From: Deltaproteobacteria bacterium
Lineage (GTDB): Bacteria > Desulfobacterota > GWC2-55-46 > DRQE01
NCBI GenBank assembly: GCA_016219105.1
Contig: JACRCI010000032.1
Span: 1 to 53,523, forward strand
Length of the DNA stretch: 53,523 nucleotides
Direction: 5' to 3'
Of this stretch, positions 8,663 to 17,369 are shown in pieces (within the stretch, counting starts at the first letter, position 1; each line of letters starts with the position of its first letter). The translations under genes were made by a program, and so were the position numbers. Under the pieces are notes generated by a model. It saw only the letters and a list, made by a program, of their open reading frames with translations. It did no database searches and was not told where the DNA came from.

Positions 8663-9880
8663 ATGTATCCGGACGTAACCTTCATAGACGATCTTGACAT
8701 AAGCGGAAAGCGGGCGCTTATCCGGGTGGACTTCAACGTCCCGCTCGACGACAAGGGCAACATCGCGGACGACACGCGGATAAGGAGCATCCTGCCCACG
8801 ATAAACTACGCCCTCGACTACAACGTGCGCCTTATCCTCGCCTCTCACCTCGGCAGACCGGGCGGCAAGAAAGACCCGCTCCTCTCGCTCGCGCCGATCG
8901 CCAAAAGGCTTTCGAGGCTCCTTGAAAAAGAGGTGCGGCTCGCGCCCGACTGCGTCGGGCCGGACGTAAGGCGCATCGTGGAGGAGATGAAACCCGGCGA
9001 CATAGTGCTCCTTGAAAACCTGAGGTTCCACCCAGGCGAGGAGAAAAACTCGAGGGAGTTCGGAAAAAAACTCGGCGAGCTCGCCGAGGTGTACATAAAC
9101 GACGCCTTCGCCACGGCCCACAGGACGCACGCCTCGACGGTGGCCGTAACGGAGTTCGTGCCCGTATGCGGCGCGGGGTTCCTGATGAAAAAGGAACTGA
9201 CCTATTTCGCAAGGGCCATGGACAACCCGGTCCGCCCGCTTGTGGCCATGATAGGCGGGAAAAAGGTTTCGGACAAGGTCGGGATCCTCTCGGGCCTCTG
9301 CGAAAAAGTGGACAAGCTCATAATCGGCGGCGGCATGGCGCTGACGTTCTTCGACGCGCTCGGCTACGAGATAGGGAAATCGTTCACCGAAAAAAAGGCG
9401 CTGGACAACGCCAAAGAGGTCTTAGAAAAGGCAAAGGACAAAAAACTAAAACTCTTCCTGCCCGTGGACTTCGTCGTTGCCGACAGGTTCAGTCCCTCGG
9501 CGGAGACCAAGGTCGTGACCTATCAGGAGATACCCAGGGACTGGATGGCGCTCGATATCGGGCCGGCGACCGTCACGCTCTTTACCGAGGCCCTGCAGAA
9601 CGCCAAGACGATCCTGTGGAACGGCCCGATGGGGGTCTTTGAAATGGACGCCTTCAGCCGCGGCACGTTCGCCATGGTCAGGAACGTCGCGAACTCATAC
9701 GCCATGACCATCGTCGGCGGCGGGGACACCGACGTCGCGGTGCACCGCGCCGGCGAGTTCGCCAAGATGAGCTACATATCAACCGGGGGCGGGGCATTCC
9801 TTGACCTCCTCAAAGGCAACGACCTGCCCGGCATAACCGCCCTTAAGAACAAAAGGGCGACTAAAAAAGCGGCCGTCTGA
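8663..9880 (+). CDS. pgk: phosphoglycerate kinase
   Basis: RVDFNVPLD, ASHLGRP, NDAFATAHR and GGGDT motifs. Confidence 0.98.
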   Translation: MYPDVTFIDDLDISGKRALIRVDFNVPLDDKGNIADDTRIRSILPTINYALDYNVRLILASHLGRPGGKKDPLLSLAPIAKRLSRLLEKEVRLAPDCVGPDVRRIVEEMKPGDIVLLENLRFHPGEEKNSREFGKKLGELAEVYINDAFATAHRTHASTVAVTEFVPVCGAGFLMKKELTYFARAMDNPVRPLVAMIGGKKVSDKVGILSGLCEKVDKLIIGGGMALTFFDALGYEIGKSFTEKKALDNAKEVLEKAKDKKLKLFLPVDFVVADRFSPSAETKVVTYQEIPRDWMALDIGPATVTLFTEALQNAKTILWNGPMGVFEMDAFSRGTFAMVRNVANSYAMTIVGGGDTDVAVHRAGEFAKMSYISTGGGAFLDLLKGNDLPGITALKNKRATKKAAV

Positions 9881-9930
9881 CCGGCAAGGCCGGCTGGATG
9901 GCCATCGTGGACGGCTGGATGGCCGGCCGC
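9881..9930. repeat. 21-nt repeat family, diverged tandem copies in the pgk-tpiA spacer
   Basis: GGCTGGATGGCC recurs with a 21-nt period (9892 and 9913). The unit GGCTGGATGGCCATCGTGGAC differs at 3 positions from the consensus seen at five other loci. Confidence 0.7.
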
Positions 9931-9944
9931 TCTGGAGCGCTGAG

Positions 9945-10721
9945 ATGCTTAAGCCCCTCATAACCGGAAACTGGAAGATGAACACCACCATAGCCGAGGG
10001 CGTCGGACTCGTCATGAGGCTGAGGGAGCTTGTAAGGGGCGTCGAGGACGTGGAAGTGGCAATCGCCCCGCCTTTCACATCCATACACCACCTGAGGTTC
10101 CTCATCGCCGATTCGCCCATAAAGCTCGCCGGCCAGAACCTTTCCACCGAGAAAAACGGCGCGTATACCGGAGAGGTCTCCGGAGAGATGCTCAGGGACG
10201 TGGGGTGCGACTACGTCATAATAGGGCACTCCGAGAGGAGGCAGCACTTCGCGGAATCCGACGAAACCGTGAACAAAAAAATCTTCGCGGCCCTGAGGGC
10301 CGGGCTAAAGCCCATCGTCTGCGTCGGGGAGACAATAGAGGAAAGGGAGGGCGGAAAGACTCTCGCGGTGGTGAAAAGGCAGATTAAAACCGGCCTTAAG
10401 GGGCTCGGCCCCGGCATGGTCAAGGACCTCGTCGCGGCGTATGAGCCGGTCTGGGCCATAGGCACGGGCAAAAACGCCACGGCGGAGCAGGTCGAGGAGG
10501 TCCACAACGCGCTGAGGGAACTCCTCTATGAAAAATTCGGCACGGCATCGGCAAAGGACCTCCGCATCATATACGGAGGCTCGGTCAAGCCCGAAAACAT
10601 AGACAGCTTCATGGCCCAGCCCAACATAGACGGCGCGCTCGTCGGAGGGGCGAGCCTCAAGGCCGAGGACTTCGCGCGGATAGTAAAATTCAAGAAAACC
10701 TCGAGGGGCAAACACTCGTAA
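9945..10721 (+). CDS. tpiA: triosephosphate isomerase
   Basis: GNWKMN, IGHSERR, AYEPVWAIGTG and GGASL motifs. Confidence 0.98.
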   Translation: MLKPLITGNWKMNTTIAEGVGLVMRLRELVRGVEDVEVAIAPPFTSIHHLRFLIADSPIKLAGQNLSTEKNGAYTGEVSGEMLRDVGCDYVIIGHSERRQHFAESDETVNKKIFAALRAGLKPIVCVGETIEEREGGKTLAVVKRQIKTGLKGLGPGMVKDLVAAYEPVWAIGTGKNATAEQVEEVHNALRELLYEKFGTASAKDLRIIYGGSVKPENIDSFMAQPNIDGALVGGASLKAEDFARIVKFKKTSRGKHS

Positions 10722-11125
10722 ACCTCCCCGCTGCAAGCAGCGGGGTATCTTAACAGAGACCGAAGTTTTATCACACCCTCTCCTGGCTGGGATGAGGGGC
10801 GCCGTAGCCCGCTGACAATTTCCCCCTCACCTCAATCCTCTCCCCGGAGGGGAGAGGAGAAAAATGCGTGGCAAGCCGCGGGGAATTAAACCTCGAACGA
10901 GGGATTAAACCCGCATTGCGGGCATAAGGCCGCCTGTTGCCGATGCCCGTGTATTTTTGTATTTTCCCCTTGCTTTTTCCGCAGGGATGCATTTTAATAT
11001 GATGCTTAACGCGGAACTGTCATGCTGAACTCGGTTCAGCATCTCAATTTTCATCAGGACAGGTTCTAACGAAATCACGTTGTTACGAGACCCTGAAACA
11101 ATACTGAAACAAGCCTGATAATCAA
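10721..11125. repeat. mosaic of short palindromic repeat modules filling the tpiA-secG spacer
   Basis: Family B 5' module AACCTCCCCGCTGCAAGCAGCGGGGTATC (10721..), hairpin CCTCTCCCC-GGA-GGGGAGAGG (10837..10857), family B 3' module CGGGGAATTAAACCTCGAACGAGGGATTAAAC (10879..10910), and a family C copy (11017..11125) sharing CTGTCATGCTGAAC, GAGACCCTGAAACAA and AGCCTGATAAT with 13946..14016. Confidence 0.85.
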
Positions 11126-11143
11126 CAAAACCGGGGTTAAACC

Positions 11144-11545
11144 ATGCATACGCTGATAATAATACTGCACGTGATAGTCAGTATCTTCCTTGTGATAGTG
11201 GTGCTCCTGCAGGTCGGCAAGGGCGCGAGCATAGGCTCCACCTTCGGCGGCTCGAGCCAGGCCCTTTTCGGAAGCGCCGGGCCGGCTACGTTTTTGAGCA
11301 AGATCACGATAGCCTGCGCCGCCATATTCATGCTCACGTCGCTTTATCTGACCTATCTTTCGGGCAGAATGCCGGGAAGCTCTGTGATGGGCGGGGTCCC
11401 GGCGGTAAAGTCCGCTCCGGCCGCGCAGACCCCTCAGCCGGGCGCTCCTCCGGGCAACGCGGGACAACCGGCTGAGCAGCAAACTCCTGCCCAGACTCCG
11501 GCTGGACCCGGCGCCGGGCAACAGCCGGCAGCGGATAAAAAATAA
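11144..11545 (+). CDS. secG: preprotein translocase subunit SecG with a P/A/Q-rich C-terminal tail
   Basis: Two TM segments flanking LLQ.GKGA..GS.FGG motif (VVLLQVGKGASIGSTFGGSSQALFG). Conserved position after tpiA and before tRNA-Leu. Confidence 0.9.
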   Translation: MHTLIIILHVIVSIFLVIVVLLQVGKGASIGSTFGGSSQALFGSAGPATFLSKITIACAAIFMLTSLYLTYLSGRMPGSSVMGGVPAVKSAPAAQTPQPGAPPGNAGQPAEQQTPAQTPAGPGAGQQPAADKK

Positions 11546-11600
11546 CCTCGGAACGCGCATCCCGTGCGCTTTTCTTAAAGACTAAAAAAACCGCAAACAG

Positions 11601-11685
11601 GCCGAAGTGGTGGAACTGGCAGACACGCCATCTTGAGGGGGTGGTGGGGAAACCTGTGGGGGTTCGAATCCCCCCTTCGGCACCA
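11601..11685 (+). tRNA. leuU: tRNA-Leu (anticodon GAG), long variable arm, encoded CCA
   Basis: Acceptor GCCGAAG/CTTCGGC. Anticodon stem CCATC/GGTGG with loop TTGAGGG (anticodon GAG). T-arm GGGGG-TTCGAAT-CCCCC. Discriminator A followed by CCA. Confidence 0.93.
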
Positions 11686-11687
11686 AT

Positions 11688-11731
11688 AAAAATAAAGGGG
11701 GGCAGAAAACCTGACCCCCCTTTTTATTTTT
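11688..11731 (+). terminator. rho-independent (bidirectional-looking) terminator after secG-tRNA-Leu
   Basis: GGGGGG (11697..11702) / CCCCCC (11715..11720) stem flanked by an A-run and TTTTTATTTTT. Confidence 0.65.
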
Positions 11732-11882
11732 GAATGTGATGACGGGATTCGAACGGCTTTCGAGCGCCGAGCGATAGGGAGGATGAGGCCGCCGGGCACC
11801 CATCCGCAGGATGGGTCGCGGTCGGAAGCGAGAAAGACCGGAGCCGGAGCGAGACGGACAGGACGTCCGGCGAGCGCAGCGA

Positions 11883-11906
11883 GTCCGCTGGACCGATTTG
11901 TTAGGC
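11883..11906 (-). repeat. attC-like 5' half: inverse core GCCTAAC plus adjacent arm, 2 nt after the stop of the NTF2-like gene
   Basis: The minus strand reads TAG-tt-GCCTAAC-AAATCGGTCCAGCGGAC. GCCTAAC fits the integron R'' consensus RYYYAAC. No matching 3' arm or GTTRRRY was found before the tRNA terminator. Confidence 0.35.
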
Positions 11907-11908
11907 AA

Positions 11909-12376
11909 CTACTTCTTACCAAGAACGGCTGCCTGATACCTTGCTAACAGCTCTGGAACATCAATTGAGCCGTGATGGTGCAATTGTCTCCATCCCCCAT
12001 CAATTTTCCGGAATATGCGGGACGTTCGAATGGCCAGCTTCACCTCATTCCCCCTAAGACGGAAGTATCCACGTTCCCTTCCTACCGTGTAAAACATTTC
12101 GGGTGTTTCGTAAATCGTGTAGTCGTAGTATTCGACATAGACCTCTACCTGGGCGTTGAAAATACGCTCGTAAACCGGCCTTATCTCTTTCCATCCACGC
12201 TTTATCCCCCCGAGGGGATTGTCCATCGCGATCTCGTCGGTATTTGCCCAGTTCTTCTCCATCATTGAAAGGTTGCCTTGGTTGAAGGCGTAGTAGAACT
12301 GGACAAGCGCTTGATACGGCGACGACAGATCACCTTGCTCTTCGCTTCCAGTGATTGGTTCCTGAATCGGCTCCAT
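11909..12376 (-). CDS. NTF2-like fold protein (SnoaL/DUF4440-type), possible gene-cassette ORF
   Basis: 155 aa with the YYAFNQGNL...W...GG.W(R)..HHH pattern of SnoaL-like/ketosteroid-isomerase-like proteins. GAGAGGA SD before the ATG at 12376. By eye AT-richer than its neighbours, with ATT rather than ATA for Ile. Confidence 0.6.
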   Translation of the reverse strand: MEPIQEPITGSEEQGDLSSPYQALVQFYYAFNQGNLSMMEKNWANTDEIAMDNPLGGIKRGWKEIRPVYERIFNAQVEVYVEYYDYTIYETPEMFYTVGRERGYFRLRGNEVKLAIRTSRIFRKIDGGWRQLHHHGSIDVPELLARYQAAVLGKK

Positions 12377-12393
12377 TGTTTTCCTCTCTTGTT

Positions 12394-12460
12394 GCCTAAC
12401 GCTCCGCATAACCGGCTGGCAATGGAGCGCAGTGGAAATGCCAGCCCAAGTTGATGCGGA
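12394..12460 (-). repeat. attC-like imperfect hairpin ending in core site GTTAGGC immediately upstream of the NTF2-like ORF
   Basis: The minus strand reads TCCGCAT-caacttgg-GCTGGCA-(17-nt loop)-TGCCAGC-cggtt-ATGCGGA-gc-GTTAGGC, i.e. two 7-bp stems with unpaired bases, then R' (GTTRRRY). The matching R'' at the 5' end is absent. Confidence 0.4.
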
Positions 12461-12511
12461 ATTCAAAAAAAACTAACTTTCACAGAACGGCTGCCCCGCA
12501 TACGCATGGCC

Positions 12512-13915
12512 TCATCTGACCCCCATCGCCTTATCCAGGCTTGCGTGGGCGACCTTATAATCGGAAAGGGCCTGAATAAAGGCCGTCCTGGCGTTAGTGT
12601 ATGACACCTGCGCGTCCGTAACCTCGAGAGGGTTGCCAACGCCCGCCGCATACCTGCCGTTTGCGATATCGAGATTTTCCGTCGCCTGTTTCAGGGCAAG
12701 CTCGGCGGCCGGGACCATTTCCTCGGCCTCTTTAAGGCTGAGGTAAGCCTGCTGCACCTCCAGTATCACGCCCTGCCTTAAAGACTCCTCGTTCGCGCCT
12801 GTCGCGTTCAGGGTTGCCTTCGCTTCCTCCACCTGATATTTCGTCAAAAAACCGCTGAAAAGCGGGAACGTGACCGTTGCTCCGGCATTCCAGCCTTCCT
12901 GAAGCGGAAACCCCTCTCCCTCACGGTTATAGGCCGCGCTGCCCGTTATGGCGGGATAATAGCCGCTTTTAGAAAGCGCCAGGCCTTCCTCCGCCGACCT
13001 CCTCCTCGCAACGGCCGACCTCATGTCGGGCCGGGCGTCAAACGCCTTTTTCATCGCCTCTTCCAATGTGATTTCGTATTTCTGAAACTCAAGGTCGTCC
13101 TCTATGGAATATTCCGGCGCGCCGGGGACGCCCATCGCGTTATCAAGGTTCACCCTGGCGATCTTAAGCGCGTTTTCCGCCTTTATCAGGCCGACCTTTG
13201 CGTTGCTCAGGTCCACATCCGCCTTTGTCACGTCGAATTTGGGTTTTGTCCCGGCCTCATAAAACCCCCTGGCCTGCTCAAGGTGCGCCTCGAACCGCCT
13301 GACCGACTCCGTAGCGACGTCCCTCGTCCTTTTAGCCTGCAACAGCGCGTAATAGGCCTGTTTGACGTTAAAGACCGACTGCACGAGGACGCCCTCAAGG
13401 TCCGCCCGCGACGCGTCAAGGTTATGCCGCTGGACCATTACCTGAGAGGACGTCTTCCCGAAATCGTAGATATTCTGCTTGAGCGCGGCGCTTGCAATAT
13501 ACTGGTCAAAGGCGCCGTTGCCCGCGAAACGGCCTGATGACCCCCCGGCCGCCGAGGTCCTCGTATAGCCGGACGACAGGTCTATCCAAGGATAATAATT
13601 CGCCCCGGCCTGGGCGACCCTGCTCTCAACGACAGAGGCGTTGTTCATGGCCGCCGCGACAAGCGGCTGGTTTTCAACGGCTATCTCGATGCATTGTTTC
13701 AGATTAAGCTTTTCTCCTTTTTTTATCGCCTCCTTCTTCTGCCGCCCGGGTTCGCCGGGGAGGCCGGTTTTATCCTCTTTATATTCCGGGACCTCGGCGC
13801 CGGGAACGGCTACGGACGCCGGCATGACCGGTTGGACGAAAAGAGCCGCCCAGACCGTAAAAACGATTGCAACGGAGATAAGGACAGACCTCAATCCTGA
13901 TAGTGGTTTTTTCAT
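12512..13915 (-). CDS. tolC: TolC-family outer-membrane efflux protein
   Basis: Signal peptide, then two tandem OEP repeats (LNLKQCIEIAVENQP..., long alpha-helical A/L/Q/E-rich segments). Last gene of the macAB-type operon. Confidence 0.88.
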   Translation of the reverse strand: MKKPLSGLRSVLISVAIVFTVWAALFVQPVMPASVAVPGAEVPEYKEDKTGLPGEPGRQKKEAIKKGEKLNLKQCIEIAVENQPLVAAAMNNASVVESRVAQAGANYYPWIDLSSGYTRTSAAGGSSGRFAGNGAFDQYIASAALKQNIYDFGKTSSQVMVQRHNLDASRADLEGVLVQSVFNVKQAYYALLQAKRTRDVATESVRRFEAHLEQARGFYEAGTKPKFDVTKADVDLSNAKVGLIKAENALKIARVNLDNAMGVPGAPEYSIEDDLEFQKYEITLEEAMKKAFDARPDMRSAVARRRSAEEGLALSKSGYYPAITGSAAYNREGEGFPLQEGWNAGATVTFPLFSGFLTKYQVEEAKATLNATGANEESLRQGVILEVQQAYLSLKEAEEMVPAAELALKQATENLDIANGRYAAGVGNPLEVTDAQVSYTNARTAFIQALSDYKVAHASLDKAMGVR

Positions 13916-13945
13916 ACCGCTGTCTCCTGATCTTAAAATCTGAAG

Positions 13946-14016
13946 CTGTCATGCTGAACGAGACCCTGAAACAAGTTCAGGGTGACAGAATAGGACTTTT
14001 CAGCAGCCTGATAATG
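13946..14016. repeat. palindromic repeat family C, copy 2 (macB-tolC spacer)
   Basis: CTGTCATGCTGAAC-GAGACCCTGAAACAAGTTCAGGGTGAC...AGCCTGATAAT. Hairpin ACCCTGAA/TTCAGGGT. Shares modules with 11017..11125. Confidence 0.8.
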
Positions 14017-14173
14017 CAAACGTATTAAAAGATGTTGCATCATACGAACGTAAGAAATGGACTTTAGACAAGGCGGACGACGAGGAAAACCGCAGGCGTG
14101 CTTTATGCGGCACGTCGAGGATTTTCCGAAGAGTCCAACGCAGTATAAAGACATTTATTGCGTTCGTATTATT

Positions 14174-15403
14174 CTACTCATGCCTCAACGCCTCTATCGG
14201 GTCAAGCAAAGAGGCCTTGTACGCCGGATAAAACCCGAAGAATATCCCGACGGCCCCTGAAAAACCGAAGGCCAGGGCTATTGAAGGCAGGGAAACCGCC
14301 GTAGCCCAGCCCGAAAGCGCCGAGAGCGCCCCGGAGCCGGATATGCCGATGACGATCCCGACGACCCCGCCGATAAGCGACAGCGTGAGGGCCTCTATTA
14401 TGAATTGCATCCTTATGTCCCACGTCCTGGCGCCTACCGCCATGCGTATGCCTATCTCCCTTGTCCTTTCCGTGACCGAGACGAGCATTATGTTCATTAT
14501 GCCGATCCCGCCGACGATGAGCGAGACCGAGGCGATGGCCCCCAGGAGCAGCGTCATGACCTTTGCCGACTGTTCGGCGGCGCGCATCATCTGCGTGAGA
14601 TTCCTTACGGTAAAGTCATCGTCCTGCCTCTGGCCGATGCGGTGGCGCTGCCTGAGCAATTCCACAATCTGTTTTTCAGCCGCGTCCATATCCCCGGCGC
14701 TTTTCGCCTTTACCATGATTATCCTTACCATGCCCGGGAAAGACGCGCCGAAGAGCTTTTTCTGCGCCGTCGTCACGGGTATCAGTATGATATCGTCCTG
14801 GTCCTGGCCGAGCATGGACTGGCCTTTTCTGTCGAGCGTGCCGACGACCATGAACGGTATCTTTTTTATCATGATAATCCGGCCGACCGGATTTATGCCC
14901 CCGAAGAGACTTTCAACGACGGTCTGCCCGATGAGAGAGACCTTGGCCGCGCTCCTCGTCTCATCTTCGGTAAACGGTCTGCCCTGCACAAGCGGCCAAT
15001 CCCTTACCTTCAATATGCTCGCGGTGGTGCCTGTCACCCCGGTTGACCAATTCTGACCCCCATAGACCACCTGGGCCACCCCGTTATGGACAGGAGCGAC
15101 ATACTCTACCGCCGGGCAGTCCTTCCGTATCGCGTCGGCGTCGCCGGTGGAGAGGGTCGGCTGGGTCCCCGCGCCCATCCTGACGCCCCCGGAGGTAGTG
15201 GCGCCGGGCAGGACCATGAGGAGGTTGCTTCCCATGCTCGATATCTGCTCCTCTATCCTCTCGCTTGCCCCGGTGCCGATGGCGAGCATGGCGATAACGG
15301 CGCCGACGCCGATTATAATCCCCAGCATCGTAAGGGCCGAGCGCATCTTGTTCGCCCTGAGGGCCCTCAGCGAGATCTTTATCGTTGACGGGATATCCAT
15401 CAT
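14174..15403 (-). CDS. macB: MacB-type ABC transporter permease (MacB periplasmic core domain + FtsX)
   Basis: 409 aa. N-terminal TM, large periplasmic domain, then three C-terminal TM segments with the FtsX pattern (ERTREIGIRMAVGA). Confidence 0.9.
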   Translation of the reverse strand: MMDIPSTIKISLRALRANKMRSALTMLGIIIGVGAVIAMLAIGTGASERIEEQISSMGSNLLMVLPGATTSGGVRMGAGTQPTLSTGDADAIRKDCPAVEYVAPVHNGVAQVVYGGQNWSTGVTGTTASILKVRDWPLVQGRPFTEDETRSAAKVSLIGQTVVESLFGGINPVGRIIMIKKIPFMVVGTLDRKGQSMLGQDQDDIILIPVTTAQKKLFGASFPGMVRIIMVKAKSAGDMDAAEKQIVELLRQRHRIGQRQDDDFTVRNLTQMMRAAEQSAKVMTLLLGAIASVSLIVGGIGIMNIMLVSVTERTREIGIRMAVGARTWDIRMQFIIEALTLSLIGGVVGIVIGISGSGALSALSGWATAVSLPSIALAFGFSGAVGIFFGFYPAYKASLLDPIEALRHE

Positions 15404-16092
15404 GTCGTTACAACGCCAGCGTCGCTTAAGATGCGGCCGTCAAGGAACCTTATTATCCTCTTGCTGTAAGCGGCTATGTCGGACTCATGCGTCACGAGTA
15501 TGACGGTGATGTTCGATTCCATGTTCAGCCTTGCGACGAGTTCCATTATCCCGGCGCTCGTCAAAGTGTCAAGGTTGCCCGTCGGCTCATCGGCGAGTAT
15601 TATGGAGGCGTTGTTTACAAGCGCCCTCGCTATCGCGACCCTTTGCTGCTGGCCGCCCGACATCTGGTTGGGGCGGTGTTTCTCCCTGCCGCCGAGTCCC
15701 ACGGTCTTCAGGGCCTCGGCCGCCCTCTCGCCCCTCTCCTTCGCCGGCAGGCCGTTGTAAACGAGCGGCAGTTCCACGTTCTCCAGGGCGGATGCCCTCG
15801 GGAGCAGGTTGAAGCCCTGAAAAACAAAACCAAGTTTCCTGTTCCTTATGGCCGCGAGTTCATCCCTTCCAAGCCCGGCCACGTCAGAGCCTTCGAGCAG
15901 GTACCGGCCGGACGTCGGTCTATCGAGGCAGCCGAGGATGTTCATGAACGTGCTCTTGCCTGAGCCGGACGGGCCCATTACGGCTATGAACTCCCCCTTT
16001 TCGATATCGAGCGAAACTCCGTTAAGCGCGTTTATCTCAACATCTCCCACGCTGTAGCGTTTATTTATATCCCTTACCTCTATAAGCGCCAT
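15400..16092 (-). CDS. MacB/LolD-type ABC transporter ATP-binding protein
   Basis: Walker A GPSGSGKST, signature MSGGQQQRVAIARAL, Walker B IILADEPTGNLD. 4-nt overlap with the permease gene. Confidence 0.95.
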   Translation of the reverse strand: MALIEVRDINKRYSVGDVEINALNGVSLDIEKGEFIAVMGPSGSGKSTFMNILGCLDRPTSGRYLLEGSDVAGLGRDELAAIRNRKLGFVFQGFNLLPRASALENVELPLVYNGLPAKERGERAAEALKTVGLGGREKHRPNQMSGGQQQRVAIARALVNNASIILADEPTGNLDTLTSAGIMELVARLNMESNITVILVTHESDIAAYSKRIIRFLDGRILSDAGVVTT

Positions 16093-16119
16093 TTTAGTAT
16101 GCTTAAACCTCGGAATTTA

Positions 16120-17322
16120 TTAGAACATCCTCGGGCCGGAGGACGAAGTCCGAGATTTCGCCTTTGTCAGGGACTCCACTATCAGTTCCTGCCCCTCACC
16201 TATGTCCCCTTCCACCAGCTCGGTAAAATTCCCGTCATTTATACCGATGGTCACCTTTACCAATCCCGGCTTTCCGTCTTTGATTATCCATACCCCGCCG
16301 GCCGTCCTCGACGGCCCGCCAGCCGTCCCTGACGGCCCGCCGCCCTTTTCCTCCGCCGCGCCGTTCTGAGGGTTGGCCGGGGTGAACCGCAGCGCGGCGT
16401 TTGGTATCCTGAGGACGCCTTTCCTGTTCGAGGTAATTATCGCCACGTTCGCGGTCATGCCCGGCTTAAGCCTCAGCTCGGCGTTGTCAACCCTGACCAC
16501 CGCGTCATACGTGACGACATTCTGGACCACGGTCGGGGCGTTCCTGACCTCCGATACCACGCCCCTGAAGGGGGCATCAGGATAGGCATCCACGGTGAAT
16601 TCCACGGGCTGGCCGACCCTGATTCCGCCTATGTCGGCCTCAACCACGCTGGAGTCTATCTGCATCTTCGTCAGGTCCTGCGCTATGGTGAAAAGAGTCG
16701 GGGTCTGGAAGCTTGCCGCGACGGTCTGGCCGACGTCCACGTTCCTCGAAACGACAACCCCGTCAACCGGAGAGACTATCTCAGTGTACCGGAGATTCGT
16801 TTCAGCGTATTTAAGCGACGCCGAGGTCTGGGCTATCTGAGCCTTTGCGGCGTTGATTGCGGCCTTTGCCGTCTCATGGTTCGTCTCCGATGTGTCCAAC
16901 TCGCTTCTGGCTATGAAACCGCGCGAAAAAAGGTCTTTATTCCGGCCCATTGTCCTCTTTGAATCCGCAAGCGTTGCCTCGGCCTTCTCCAGGTTTGCCT
17001 CGGCCGCGAGGAGGTTCGCCCGCGCCTCGGCCACCTGCGCCTCAAACGCGGCGGGGTCTATGCGGGCTATCACCCGGCCTTTTTTAACCAACGAGTTGAA
17101 GTCCGCGTAGATATCCTTTATGGTTCCTGAAACCTGGGTGCCCACCAAAACCGTGGTCACCGCGTTTACCGTGCCCGCGGCCGTGACAACGGCCTCTATA
17201 TCGCCCCTTGTGACCTTCTCGGTCCTGTATTTTACGGCGTTACCCTTATTCCGGAACGCTATAAACGCGACTGCTATGATAATCGCCGTAATTACTATGG
17301 CCGCGAGTATTCTTTTCATCAT
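16120..17322 (-). CDS. macA: efflux periplasmic adaptor (MacA/HlyD family membrane fusion protein)
   Basis: N-terminal TM anchor, coiled-coil hairpin (A/E/L-rich), barrel-sandwich and beta-barrel segments. Contains an in-frame 21-nt repeat insertion. Confidence 0.9.
   Translation of the reverse strand: MMKRILAAIVITAIIIAVAFIAFRNKGNAVKYRTEKVTRGDIEAVVTAAGTVNAVTTVLVGTQVSGTIKDIYADFNSLVKKGRVIARIDPAAFEAQVAEARANLLAAEANLEKAEATLADSKRTMGRNKDLFSRGFIARSELDTSETNHETAKAAINAAKAQIAQTSASLKYAETNLRYTEIVSPVDGVVVSRNVDVGQTVAASFQTPTLFTIAQDLTKMQIDSSVVEADIGGIRVGQPVEFTVDAYPDAPFRGVVSEVRNAPTVVQNVVTYDAVVRVDNAELRLKPGMTANVAIITSNRKGVLRIPNAALRFTPANPQNGAAEEKGGGPSGTAGGPSRTAGGVWIIKDGKPGLVKVTIGINDGNFTELVEGDIGEGQELIVESLTKAKSRTSSSGPRMF
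16296..16343. repeat. 21-nt repeat family, 2 units inside macA (encodes GGPSGTA-GGPSRTA)
   Basis: The reverse complement reads GGGCCGTCAGGGACGGCTGGC GGGCCGTCGAGGACGGCCGGC. Confidence 0.8.
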
Positions 17323-17369
17323 ATACGCACAGTTTCCTTTCTTAAAACATATAGGAATCTACCGGCCTG

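Noticed and set aside
11738-11756. tRNA-like fragment (GACGGGATTCGAACGGC resembles the reverse complement of a T-arm), a possible integration-site duplication
   Set aside because: The flanking bases do not form a T-stem or an acceptor stem. Apart from the TTCGAAT loop there is no similarity to the adjacent tRNA-Leu 3' end.
11575-11922. 115-aa and 108-aa minus-strand ORFs (one starting MPNKSVQRT...)
   Set aside because: They translate the antisense of tRNA-Leu, its terminator and the attC-like sequence. No SD is present, and the GDSNPH-type string is the usual tRNA-antisense artefact.
11922-12495. 12-nt direct repeat AGAACGGCTGCC at 11922..11933 and 12484..12495 flanking the NTF2-like gene, considered as a target-site duplication
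   Set aside because: One copy lies inside the ORF. A single 12-mer match within about 600 nt is roughly what chance predicts in a window this size.
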